From contig JARDVH010000149.1 in assembly GCA_030324005.1 (NCBI GenBank), forward strand, positions 24,111,561 to 24,175,560: 64,000 nt of DNA, written 5' to 3'. The stretch's first letter is position 1. Every line of letters begins with the position of its first letter. This DNA is from Negaprion brevirostris. Taxonomy: Eukaryota. Positions 48,305-60,725 of the stretch are shown here, piece after piece. The translations under genes and the position numbers were made by a program. The notes beneath the pieces are model-generated. The model was not told where the DNA came from. It made no database searches and was given only the letters and a program-made list of their open reading frames with translations.

Positions 48305-50175
48305 GGTGTTTAGTAGACAGTTATCTGCTAAACACTGTTTAAAATTTAAACCAGGAAGCTTGACTCTGGTTGTTCGAAGCATTAGCCTGAAGAATTAACC
48401 AGCATATGGCTGTCACGTATCTTGCTTAGCTGAAACAGGTGCAACCTGTGTACATGCTTTCTTTGTTAGCAAAGAACAGGGCCAGCCCTGTGTATTAATA
48501 TACATAGCCTCCAGTAAATGCAAATGCACACTGCAAGCCTGACAATCTTAAATTCAATGCCAGTGTAATTTTTAGTACACAGAATTATTTAGCAAACAGT
48601 GTACAATCACAGAATTACAACTACTGCTGAACATTGCATTTTGAGTTTTGCAAGCATGGACTGGTTGGGTATACGAGCAGCGTAAAGGACATGCTGTTTG
48701 GTACAATTTGCTAGTTTTTGGAATGTACTGCCTATACACCTCATACTGGCACTGAAATTCATATATCACATTACTCATTTGTGCGATGGGAAAATGCCTG
48801 ACTTTACAGCAGTATCCCATTAGAGACAAATACCATTCATTTTTTTACTGTGCACTAGCAGCATGAAACAACTAGCTTCACCTGTAACTCAAATTTTCAA
48901 GATACTTTGCCCTTCCAGGATAATCCGAGGTAAATTGTGCACTTTACAGGGCCAAAGATGATGATAGCCTTAGGCCCATTCATGACTTTGCACCTTATAC
49001 TGCACAAAATGGCCTGATCAGGGTAACCATTATCCTACAGGATACCTTTGATGTACCCTATTTCAGCATCAAGCTTGCATGGTCAGCAAATGCTCGTGTC
49101 CTGTTTATGAGGTTAATGGTAAGGCCAATCTTATAATACATTGAGCTGTAAAAGCCCCAACTCTTGTACTGACCAGCGAAGGCAGATTGCGGTAACCGTG
49201 ATAGAGAACCCCTGACAGACTTCTCAACTAGCACATCAAGAAAAGGGAGGCAATTTCAAAGGCAACTTTGAGTTTAGGATGGAATCCATTAAAATGTGTA
49301 AGGAAATTATTACATGCGGCTGCAGATTTTAACACAGCAAAAGTATCATCCACATATTGGAAATACACAGAGGATAGGAGATTAGGTGTCATTCCATCAA
49401 AAACACATTTCTCATGGAATCCAACAAAGATATTTGCAAGAGCAAGGCTGAGAGGGGATTCCATGCCAACACCATCCATTTGGGCTCAACTGTGAGAGTT
49501 GCCGAGTTCATGGGTTTGATGAATACTGATTCATACAATGGTGATAGCTCTAGATTGCCTTAATAGTGTTGCAGTGCAAATAGCTATGGCTTCCTCAAGT
49601 GCAACACTGGTGAATAAGCTAGTGATGTCAAACGAACACATGGAACAATATTGCTATCCATATGAGAGCCCTGCACAGTCTTACAAACACGTATGTGGAA
49701 AACTTGCAGTACCAGCCAGTGGGGTGTTAGGTAATGCAAGCCATACCAAAGACTGACAAATTCTACCAAATAGTATGTCCCTTCTACTGTTTGCAATTGT
49801 CAAGGTACAGGTGGTGTATAACCAGCCTGTGCTTGCAAAACTCAAATTATAGTGTCCTATATTATCCATAATTGGAAAACGTTTGCTAAATAATCCTCGG
49901 TCTGCTAAGAATTATGCTGACAACCAATTTAAGATTGCCAGTTGGACCTGCTGTGTGGCACGTGTGTGTACTGGAAGCTACATGTATCAGTATACCAGGT
50001 CTTTCTCTTTGCAGACACAAATAACAGGTACACACATTGTGCCCATTATAGTTAAACAAAATAAGTGACAGCCATTTGCCCATTTGCTCTTTCACTTCTC
50101 AGGACAATGCCTTGATCAGGGTAAAACTGCCTGGTTCTACTTTCAAACGAAGCTTAACAGTTAACTGTCAGTCAC
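48305..50175 (-). mobile_element. Penelope-like retroelement (RT plus GIY-YIG remnants) with inverted terminal copy
   Basis: DGVGMESPLSLALANIFVGFHE and YFQYVDDTF are RT motifs; NVIYEFQCQ is GIY-YIG-like. 49860-50175 is a diverged inverted copy of 48310-48620. Confidence 0.85.
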
Positions 50176-50894
50176 CATTACTTTCTGTATTCTTAACTAC
50201 CCTCAGAAATGGCCTAGAAAGACACTAAGTTCAAGGACAACTATGTATGAGCAATAAATGCTGGCCAACCAATGAACCAAAAAAAAGATCATTTTACTGT
50301 TACATGCAAAAGTTTCCAATTCGTTGTAAAGTTTGGGCTTAAGCACCTGTAACATTTTTTTGGAAAATCATTTCAAACATTACTGCTACACTGAGGGATC
50401 ATATTTTGACTCCTGCTCTCTTCCCAATAGCCAAACATAAACATGAACTTCTGCTCAAATTTGTCTTGATATTATGCAGCACTAATAAAAATCAAGGCAA
50501 TGTGACACCTCAACAATTTATCAAATTGCAAAAAATTAATTATTTCCTTCTGTGAATTTACTGGTCTGAACTGAGCTAGGCTCCAATTAGAAAGTTCCAA
50601 AGAAATTAAATCCAGCTGAAAGTGACCTTAATTTTACATAATCAAAATATTTCTGTGAGTGTTAGTAGCTCACTACTTTTTGTTTGCATGTTTAAAACTA
50701 TATTAGTGACCAACTATAAGCAAATACATCCAAATACTGTAGAAAGTTTCCCTGATCTCACATTAATGGGACTTGCTGTCCATGGGCACTCATCTACTCA
50801 CATCATGTTGCAAGATCACCTGTAAACAGCATGAATATAAATAAACCTCAATGTTACTCTACAAAGCTTCTACATGAGTGTCACTGAAAATATT

Positions 50895-51219
50895 ATAGAA
50901 TAGAAACCCTATACCGTAAAAGTAGGCCATTCGGCCCATTGAGCCTGCACCGACAACAATCCCACCCAAGTGGTATCCCTGCAGCCCCATGGATTTACAC
51001 TGCTGGTCACCCCAACATTAAGGGGCAATTTAACATGGCTAAATCAAAACTAACCTGCACATCTTTGGCGTGCAAGAGGAAATCGGAGCACCTGGACAAA
51101 ACCCATGCAGACACAGGGAGAACGTGCAAACACCACAGACTGTCACCCGAGGCCAGAATTGAACCCAGGTCCCTAGCACTGTGAAGCAGCAGAGCAGCAG
51201 TGCTAACCACTGTGCCAGC
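50895..51219 (-). mobile_element. tRNA-derived SINE (antisense)
   Basis: Full head-core-tail in reverse: ggccattcggccc ... aacccatgcagacacagggagaacgtgcaaa ... cagtgctaaccactgtgcc. Confidence 0.88.
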
Positions 51220-52149
51220 CCCAGAATGTAGAAGTTATCTTGAAACTTGCAATCCATGTTTTACATTATCTGCTGATATTAATAGTGCCACCACAGGCTT
51301 TTGTTTTAGTCACACAGTCAGTATTATTCAATAATGTACTAAACCATTGCATTAGGCATTTAGAAATCACACGAACAAATCAGGGAACATGATGTGAGCT
51401 GGCAAATAGCAGAAGAAGAATGGAGGCAGGGCAGCTTTGGTTTCAAGTCCTCAAATGTTCCTTTACAGTAAAAACTTTGAAGGGAAAGTTTAATACATAG
51501 CGAGTAGTGAATTCCTGTCAATGTTTCACAATTGTCACCTCTCTATGAAATAGCTGTAGGATGGGCTTTGGACAGAAAATGACACATATCTTAATCATAC
51601 CCTGCATCTAGGACTGTAACTGAAGCTAAACGAGATTCTTAATTCTTTCAGAGCTTAGCCACTGGAGAAAGAGCGCCCCAGGGAACCTGGACAAGTTAAC
51701 AGAGAGGTCAATAATAACTGCCTAACACCACCCCCTCCTTAGCATTTATGCTGGACACATACTCGTCAAAGTTTAACGCGCGGACTAAGGCTGGAGCTCT
51801 GGAAGGAGTACACAGATTCCACTCTGATAACACGGAGATAACAATTAACTTGAAAAACTAAAAGCTATGAAAGATTCTCATACATTCTGTAAAATGTGTA
51901 AATGTGCTCAAAACCTGAGACAAATCTTCCTCCCGCAAAAGTCTCTCACATTAGCCAAAGGCCTAAAATTTCCTCAATAAGACCGAATATGAAGCACACC
52001 TTCTAATTTGCACAGCCCTTCCAAAGTGCATGGTTTCAACATGCACTTGGCTATACAATCTCATGTCAATGTAAATAATCATGTAACAAAACTGGAAGCA
52101 GAGTTCCCAAAACGCATATATATTTTCCCCATTAAAAAATAATTCATAC

Positions 52150-52230
52150 TTGATCCAGGGCTGCGAACAGTTTCTTCCACTTGTTCAGTTTTTACCTCTG
52201 CTGGTGTCTCAACTGCATGATCGTAAGGAT
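52150..52230 (-). CDS. ZNF618: ZNF618 linker exon
   Basis: Acceptor cctttttttaattatag|, donor CAA|gtatga, 81 nt, phase 1-1. Reads (D)PYDHAVETPAEVKTEQVEETVRSPGS(K), compatible with recalled human DPFDQGVVATDEVKEE...GPK. Confidence 0.88.
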
Positions 52231-52798
52231 CTATAATTAAAAAAAGGTAATTAATTTATAAAACACCACAGCACCAAAGAAACAGCAATTATACACCAGC
52301 TTTCCTACCTTCAAGAATTAGATTTTCCTTACAGTTCAAAGTGTGTTTGGGATGTCATTGCTAGAGTTTGGTTTTCTAGCATTACACAATGGTAATGTAT
52401 TCTGAACTCACGGCAATATCACTAAATTGAATCCCCTTACAGTCATAATTTCATTGCTAAGATGAGCAATTTTAGTTTACATGTAAACCAAGAGACTTAG
52501 TTGTGTGCACATCACAGCATTGAAGATTGATACCTACTATGCCTACAAAGTAAATGTCAAGATTTAATTAGCAGCTTTTCAGGGAAAGCTGAACAGGGTC
52601 ACTTTCATTTGACTGACTTTTGAGTTTGGTTTGGGTAAAATCAAATACATCATTGTGCCTCGTAAACAGTTGACTGACAAAGATAAAAACAAACAAATTT
52701 TGATGGGAGTAGCACAGGTGATCTGAGTTCAACATTGAAGTTAACATCCATGCAAATCCTGACATTGCTCTGAGCAAAATGAATTAAACAATACTCAC

Positions 52799-52828
52799 AT
52801 ATTCGAGGATTCATACAACTGCTATTTT
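52799..52828 (-). CDS. ZNF618: Candidate 30-nt ZNF618 micro-exon
   Basis: ttatttaaacag| ... TAT|gtgagt; phase 1-1 open frame (E)NSSCMNPRI(Y). No recognised homology. Confidence 0.3.
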
Positions 52829-53019
52829 CTGTTTAAATAATTTTACAATTATGATGCATCTTGTGAATAAGGCAAAAGACATTTGATTCTCTTCTTCTCT
52901 CCTTCCCCAATTTTGGCCTCTTGGTGACAATATTAAGTATACCCAGGTAAGGTCCTAAATGATAATACTCACTTTACATTGTCTAGCATGGTGCCTCAGC
53001 CTCAAATGCTTACTGTTTA

Positions 53020-53350
53020 GTGCAGCATAGTGAAGACTGTTACTGAACTAGTTTACCAGAGACCCAGAGTATTGCTCTGGGTATCCAGGTTCGAATTCCA
53101 CCATGGCAGATGGTGGATTAAAATCTGGAATTAAAAGTCAAATAATGATCGTAAAACCATTATCGACTGTCATTTAAAAAAACCCATCTGATTTGCTAAT
53201 GTCCTTAATGAATGTCTCCTTACCTAGTCTAGCCTACATATGACTGCAAACCCACAACAACATAGTTGGTTCTTCAATGCCCTCTGTGGGAAATTAAGGA
53301 TGGGCAATAAATGGTGGCCCAACCAGACATAACCACATCCCATAACAGAA
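53020..53350 (+). mobile_element. SINE with L2-like tail
   Basis: ggttcgaattcc B box, ccaccatggcagatggtgg, tail ttaaggatgggcaataaatg...cacatcccat. Confidence 0.7.
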
Positions 53351-54288
53351 TAGAGAAAAAAGTGCCAGATGAAAAATGGCATATAAGCAAGTTGCTCTTA
53401 AAGCAGTGCAATAAGTTTCATGTGCCAACCCAATTACTTTCACCCTGTTACATAGCTACAAAATATATAACATTGAAATTTTAAAGACAAAATCCAAAAT
53501 TAGCACACCCAAGCTACATCACAGGCAATTAATTATTTTTCTTACTGGATATGAGTACAAAAATTTCAAATGCACATTTTACTTCACTATTCAGAGTGAA
53601 TTTAAGACTAAGTAGGATTTGACAAGCAATGCATTGTGGTTTCCAAATTTTTATGAACTGTAGTACTAGTTTCCTATAATTCCTGTTTTCCACTTTTCTT
53701 CTGTTGTGTTCATCTGTCCAGTTCAATTCTAGGCACCTTTTAACATGGAATGTACATACAGTATATTAAAAGGCACAACTGTGAGATGTCTTTTGGGTTG
53801 CTATGAACCTTACAGGGAACATTGATGATTTCACTGTTTTAAGTAAGGTCTCACTTCTCCACTGCAAAGATGTAATTCCGGTACTTTCAACATTTTCTTG
53901 CTTGCATTATTGATGAATAAATTGATAAATTCCCCAACAATCCTGAATTTGATACTTATGTTAGCATTTATTAATTTCAGCTTCTGATGTTATTCCCTTT
54001 TAATTTTGAAAATATGATTTTTCAACTGACTAAATTTTGCAATGAGACAGGACTGACAACTTAAAAAAATGCACGGCCACCTTCCAATCTGAAGCTGAAC
54101 AAGCAAATAAGACACTCAGGGGAGTGTGAAGAGAGGGATATTTCTTACAAGTCAATAATCTATCAAAATTCATCACTCTCTAAGGAAGAGATATTAAAAT
54201 GTAAAGTGCTGGATATTGAGCCACAAGTTTCAACTAGCATCAGAAAGAGGTGGCCTACAGGAACTAGAAGAACGTGATGCATACTTAC

Positions 54289-54363
54289 CTGTCTTGAGAA
54301 CTTTCCTGAAACTTCCGATGGCTGGAGTTACTTGGGATCTGCATCTGCAACACAGTCCAGCTC
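54289..54363 (-). CDS. ZNF618: Candidate ZNF618 cassette exon
   Basis: gattccacag| ... CAG|gtaagt (consensus donor), 75 nt, phase 1-1, open: (G)AGLCCRCRSQVTPAIGSFRKVLKT. Confidence 0.45.
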
Positions 54364-55290
54364 CTGTGGAATCATGGAGGCCATGTCCCCTTTTAACCAC
54401 ACTAGCTGTCGCAAAGCAGCTCACTTTAAAGGGGCCAATAAATTTGACATGCAAGGAAGAAGGTTAAGTGTCCAAGGTTGCAATTTGAGGGTTGGGGGTG
54501 AGTCAGTGTCAGACAGGTNNNNNNNNNNTGTAATACTGACCCAGAAATCACATTTTCAGATGGTTCCCAAAACAGGGCAATTGCCCAAAGTTAGCATCTT
54601 TGAAATAACAACTGCTTCAGACAAATGCAGCCAAAATCTATTGGAAATACTCAATGGATGAAATAAAACAGGCTGCAACCATTGTAGCAGGATTACAAGT
54701 GACACAGGTAGTATCAAGGAAGTTTTCAATGGAGGAAACAGGCTGAAAAACTGTACTCTCCATTTGGAAAAAATGCATGTCACCCAATTAGAGAAGTTAA
54801 CCAAAAGAAACCTATCAGTGAACCAAGATCTGGTAATAATCGCAATGTCTTCTACTTCAGACCCCATTCCACAAACCCAGCTAATCCAAATAGTCTGCAA
54901 CTGTTAAACAATCAATACTTCAAGGACAAGCAAAGGACACTTAGTCTTGTATTCTTTTAACTTTTTTATTGGACTCTAACTTCCCTTATTTCTGGTACCC
55001 ATATGTGATGTCACCTTTTCTTCCCCTCTCAGGTTTATTAGTTAATACACTTGCTCTTTTAACTCAAGATAACCTTGTTTGATCGGCTCCTTATTGCTCA
55101 ATGCATAAATAAATATTTTGATTTGAAAAAGGCACATCCTGGTGAAAAAGAAACTTAAACTTTTGTTGTGACCAACCAAGATGACTGAATGCAGGGGAGC
55201 CAGTTCATTCCTTCTCACCTGGTCATAACAAAATGTATACATCTGTCCTAATCCATAATAAAATGAAGCAGCTACTTTGCAAATACATAC

Positions 55291-55380
55291 CATCGACTGC
55301 GTGCAAATCCCGGTGTTCTTGGAAACAGCTGTAATATTTGTATTTTTTGCCACAGATGTCGCACATGTATCTAAAATTCT
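55291..55380 (-). CDS. ZNF618: ZNF618 C2H2 finger exon (most 5' exon found in window)
   Basis: Acceptor cttcctcccttgattttcag|, donor ATG|gtatgt, 90 nt, phase 1-1. Reads NFRYMCDICGKKYKYYSCFQEHRDLHAVD. Confidence 0.96.
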
Positions 55381-57091
55381 CTGAAAATCAAGGGAGGAAG
55401 CATGTCAATAAATTTGGCTCGATTTCCATTCCCTTAAAACACATGCCAAATTTTAGGGAATTAAAATCTTATACTTCAGAATTACAATTTTTTTGAGATT
55501 ACTACTGCACTAGTTCTTTCCCATGTTTATACTTGCTAATGGACATTTTTTGCTGGCTTTGCAGAAGGAGTGGGGTTGTAAATCTTGTTGGACATAGAGA
55601 CCTGGTCAAGTCCTTTAATCATGTTACAGCTGATCAAAATAGTTGCCTATTGTTTGAAAATGTTACATATATCTTATAAAGATTGAATTATCTATAATTA
55701 AGTATCTTTGCATGCGCTTTCATTGTTGCAGCAAACCAAGAGGTCACCTACAAGCCAGCAGAGAAAAATGTGGATGGGAATCACAAATACAAACTATGAA
55801 CTTCACTTTTCTCCCACGTTATGAGGAGCAGTGCCCAGAAAGTTCATGCTGCTCTAAAACATGCCTATTGAATTTGTCAATATTCAAAGTCTAGCCCCAT
55901 GCATAAAGAATAATCATTGGCTCAAGAGTCAAGACATTTGGTGGAGGAAGGAATAGTTGGTGCCTTTAGGGTCAGAATTTTCAAAAGGAAATCCCTCTGT
56001 TCAGACATGGGGAAAACAGTCAACAAGAATTTCTGTCCCTTGCATTATCACCACAAAGAAAATCCTTTACACAAACTGCTATTAAACTCATGTCTCATAC
56101 TTAAGAGATTGTGGCAGAAAAGTGAGAAAAAAAATTAAACAGAGCCTCAAAACTTGTTTAATTTCTTCTTTCAGTTCATGTCCAGGAACAGGCTGCATTC
56201 AATACTGAAGAGCCAGCCAGAGACTAATTGTAATGCAGGCAATTTAAATCATATGGTGAAGGAAAAATCCCAACTCTAGCTTCCATCGTCTCCCTGCAAA
56301 TTAATCTGCTTTTTTGTTGGACATGTGCAGATGTATACTTAAATCCAACTTCATTTGCAAGATATAAAAGACAGGGAAGCAACAATAGCAGCTTGCTCCT
56401 GGGTTGCAAGTGGTAGTATACAGATTAGTCTTTTCCAGAAACTAAATCAATTCACAATTGACTGATTAACGTGATCCTGTATTCAACTTTCTGTCTGACC
56501 TGAAGTACTTGGGTTTTGAAGGTAAATTGGACTTAAAAGACTCACTGGAAATTAAGCAACACCATTCTTTCTTCCTACTTTCTACCATTTTAGAAATTCA
56601 CATCTTGTCCTCAGAGAGCTTAAAATAGGCCGGTTTTTATAAAAAGTTACTTGATGTGGGAATTCAATACAAACAGCACTGTTTAGTACCATAATGTCCC
56701 AGAGGCAAAAATGAAAACAGTTCTAAAATCTGGCTGCTGACTTCAACTGAGACAGGCATCAATAAGGATCAACTACAACTTCAAGTGCAATAATACAGTC
56801 GAATTGACACACAACTCAACTCAGCAACTTAATATGAGAAGAGTTTCAAAACCATCAATTTCAAAACTGGATGCAGGAACGGTAAAAAAAATTTAAAAAC
56901 CTTCATGAAGAAGATTTTTAAAAACCTAATGTTGACCAACAGAAATTAAAAAAAATAAACTACAGGAATAAAAGAACAACAAAACCAACAAACAGAAAAC
57001 CTAGGTTGATGACCTTGCATCATTGTTTCTCTCTTCAAATATGATATCAAACTTAAGTCTTTTCAGCATTTTCTCGTTTTTTATTTCAAGT

Positions 57092-57145
57092 TTCAAAGTT
57101 TATTTATTAGGGGCACAAGTGGGCTTCTATTAACACTGCAATGAA
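57092..57145 (-). mobile_element. SINE 3' tail (antisense), separated from its body at 60476-60725
   Basis: aaagtttatttattag...cacaagt...cactgcaatgaa is the reverse complement of the SINE tail seen at about 7995-8050. Confidence 0.65.
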
Positions 57146-60100
57146 ACTGCAATGTTTGAGGTGAGGGATGCTGTCAGTGTCCCTGATGATTTCATCTGTG
57201 AGAGGTGCATCCATCTTCAGCACCTCATAAACTGCATTGGGGCGCTGGAAATGGAAAAGCTATGGATCATTCGGGAGGCAGAGGTGATCACAGAAAGAAG
57301 CTTCAGAGATTTAGATATTCCAAAGAATGAAGATAGATGGGTGACAGTGAGAGGGGCTGAGAGGAAGCAGCCACTGCAGGGATCCCCTGTGGTCATTCCC
57401 CTCGGCAACAAGCATACCGCGTTGGATACTGCTGAGGGGGACAACCTACCAGTGGTAAGCCAAAGTGACCGGATCTCCAGCACTGAGTCCATCCCTGTGC
57501 CTCAGAAGGGAAGGGAGGAGAGCAGGAGAACAATAGTTATTGGGGACGCAATGATTAGGAGGGACAGATAGGAGGTGCTGCGGCAGCAAAAGAGGCTCAC
57601 AGATGGTATGGCCTCCCGGGTGCCAGGGTACATGACATCTCGGACCGTGTTTTCAGGATCCTTAAGGGGGAGGGGGATCAGTTGCAGGCTGTGGTGCACA
57701 TCAGTACCAACGACAAATAAGAGGGGGGATGGGGAGTTAAAACAGGAATTTAGGGAGCTAGAATGGGAACTGAGAGCCAGGACAAAGCATGTTGTCATCT
57801 CTGGTTTGTTGCCAGTGCCACATGTTAGCAAGTTGAGGAACAGGGAGAGAGTGCAGATGAACATGTGGCTGCAGGGTTAGGGAAGGTAGGATCTGTACAA
57901 ACAGGATGGTTTGCACCTGAACCAGTGGGGCACCTATATCCTGGGAGGGAAATGTGCTATGACTCTTCGGGGGTGGGGTTTAAAACTAATTTGTCGGGGG
58001 AATGGGTAAACAAGCCAGTGTTGAAAGCAGTGAGGTACTGAGGAAGGTATCAAGGTCGCAAGAGTGTACAGGCAGACAGGATGGTGGGTTGAAGTGTATC
58101 TACTTCAATGCGAGGAGCATCCGGAATAAGGTAGGTGAACTTGGACCATGGATTGGTACTTGGGACTACGATGTTGTGGCCATTACAGAGACATGGTTAG
58201 AACAGGGACAGGAATGGTTGTCGGCAGTTCCGGAGTATAGATGTTTCAGTAAGAGTAGAGAAAGTGGTAAAAGAGGTGAGTAGTAGCACTGTTAATCAAG
58301 GATAATTTAACAGCTGCTGAAAGGCAATTCGAGTGGGATTTGCCTACTGAGGTAATATGGGCTGAATTAGAAATAGGAAAGGAGCAGTCACATTGTTAGG
58401 TATTTTCTATAGGCCCCCAAATAGTAACACAGATATGGAGGAGGAGATGGCAAAGCAGATTATGGAGACGTGTGAATTTCACAGGGTAATTATCATGGGT
58501 GACTTTAACTTTCCAAATATTGATTTGAACCTTTACAAGTTGAATAGTTTGGATGGGGCACTTTTTGTACAGTGTGCAGGAGGGTTTCCTGACACAATGT
58601 GAATAAGCCGACAAGAGGTGGGGCCACGTTGGATTTGGTACTGGGTAATGAACTGGGCCAAGTGTTAGATTTGTTTGTGGGAGAGCATTTCAGAGATAGT
58701 GACCACAATTCGGTGTCTTTCATTATTGCAATGGAGAGGGATATAGTCACACAGCAGGGCAAGGTTTATAATTGGGGCATGGGTAATTATGATGCGATTA
58801 GGCAAGAATTAAGGAGCATAAGATGGGAACAGAAACTGTCAAGAATAGGCACAAATGAAAAGTGGAGCTTTTTCAAGGAACAAATACTGCATGTTCTTGA
58901 TAGGTATGTCCCTGTTAGGCAGGGAGGAAATGGCTGACTGAGGTAGCCATGGTTCACAAAGGAGGTTGAATATCTTGTCAAGATGAGAAAGGAAGCGTAT
59001 ATCAGGATGAGAAAACAAGGTTCAGTTGGGTCACTTGAGGGTTACAAGGTAGCAAGGAATGAGNNNNNNNNNNNNNNNNNNNNNNNNNNNNNNNNNNNNN
59101 NNNNNNNNNNNNNNNNNNNNNNNNNNNNNNNNNNNNNNNNNNNNNNNNNNNNNNNNNNNNNNNNNNNNNNNNNNNNNNNNNNNNNNNNNNNNNNNNNNNN
59201 NNNNNNNNNNNNNNNNNNNNNNNNNNNNNNNNNNNNNNNNNNNNNNNNNNNNNNNNNNNNNNNNNNNNNNNNNNNNNNNNNNNNNNNNNNNNNNNNNNNN
59301 NNNNNNNNNNNNNNNNNNNNNNNNNNNNNNNNNNNNNNNNNNNNNNNNNNNNNNNNNNNNNNNNNNNNNNNNNNNNNNNNNNNNNNNNNNNNNNNNNNNN
59401 NNNNNNNNNNNNNNNNNNNNNNNNNNNNNNNNNNNNNNNNNNNNNNNNNNNNNNNNNNNNNNNNNNNNNNNNNNNNNNNNNNNNNNNNNNNNNNNNNNNN
59501 NNNNNNNNNNNNNNNNNNNNNNNNNNNNNNNNNNNNNNNNNNNNNNNNNNNNNNNNNNNNNNNNNNNNNNNNNNNNNNNNNNNNNNNNNNNNNNNNNNNN
59601 NNNNNNNNNNNNNNNNNNNNNNNNNNNNNNNNNNNNNNNNNNNNNNNNNNNNNNNNNNNNNNNNNNNNNNNNNNNNNNNNNNNNNNNNNNNNNNNNNNNN
59701 NNNNNNNNNNNNNNNCAGGCTCGAGGGGCTAGATGGCCTACTCCTGCTCCTATTTCTTATGTTCTTATGTTATGTTCTGAGGAATGTGGAGAATCAGCAA
59801 GATCTTGGGGTTCATATCCACAGATCTCTGAAGGTTGCCACTCAAGTGGATAGAATCGTGAAGATGGCTTATAGTGTGTTAGCGTTTATTAACAGGGGGT
59901 TTGAGTTTAAGACTGTGGGGTTATGCTGCAACTGTACAGGACCTTGGTGAGACCACATTTGGAATACTGAGTGCAGTTCTGGTCACCTCACTATAAGGAG
60001 GATGTGGAAGCATTGGAGAAAGTGCAGAGGAGATTTACCAGGATGCTGCCTGGTTTGGAAGGTAGGTCTTACTGGAAAGGTTGAGGGAGCTGGGGCTTTT

Positions 60101-60475
60101 CTCTTTAGAGCGGAGGAGAACGAGAGGCGACTTAATTGAAGTCAATAAAATGATGAGGGGGATAGATAGAGTGGACGTTCAGAGACTATTTCCTCAGGTG
60201 GACTACTAGGGGGCATAACTATAAAGTTCTTGGTGGGAGATATAGGAGGGCTGTCCGAGGTAGGTTCTTTACTCAGAGTGGTTGGGGTGTGGGATGCACT
60301 GCCTGCTGTGGTAATGGAGTCGGACACTTTAGAAACTTTCAAGGTGTTACTGGACAGGCACATGGAGCACACCAGAATGATAGGGAGTGGGATAGCTTGG
60401 TCTTGGGTTCAGATATAGCTCGGTACAACACTGAGGGCCAAAGGGTCTGTACTGTGCTGTACTGTTGTATGTTCG
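57146..60475 (+). mobile_element. Near full-length degraded CR1 (HER1-like) LINE: ORF1 zinc-finger/esterase, ORF2 APE and RT
   Basis: ORF1: DDFICERC, IVIGDAMIR (GDSL/SGNH-like), DGLHLN. ORF2: CIYFNARSIRNK, DVVAITETWL, FYRPPN, IMGDFNFP, LDLVL, SDHNSV, LERRRTRGDLIE. Frameshifts and stops; RT core lies in an N gap. Confidence 0.93.
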
Positions 60476-60725
60476 TGTGAAAATCCCCTACTCGCCATTC
60501 TGCGGTGCCTGTTCGTGTACACTGAAGGGGAATTTAGCATGGCCAATGCACCTAACCAGCACGTTGTTTGGACTGTGAAAGGAAACCGGAACACCTGGAG
60601 GAAACCCATTCTGACAAGGGGAGAATGAGCATACTCTGCACAGACAGTGACCCAAGCCAGGAATCGAACGTGGGTTTCTGGTGCTGTGAGGCAGCAGTGC
60701 TAACTATTGCGCCACTATGCTGCCC
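60476..60725 (-). mobile_element. tRNA-derived SINE body (antisense)
   Basis: gtgaaaatccccta...ttagcatggccaatgcacctaacc...cacagacagtgacccaagccaggaatcgaac...cagtgctaac. Confidence 0.85.

Noticed and set aside
51763-51823. CpG-containing segment with minus-strand splice-like sites
   Set aside because: One acceptor gives an early stop and the other ends out of phase; no homology recognised, too weak to call an exon.
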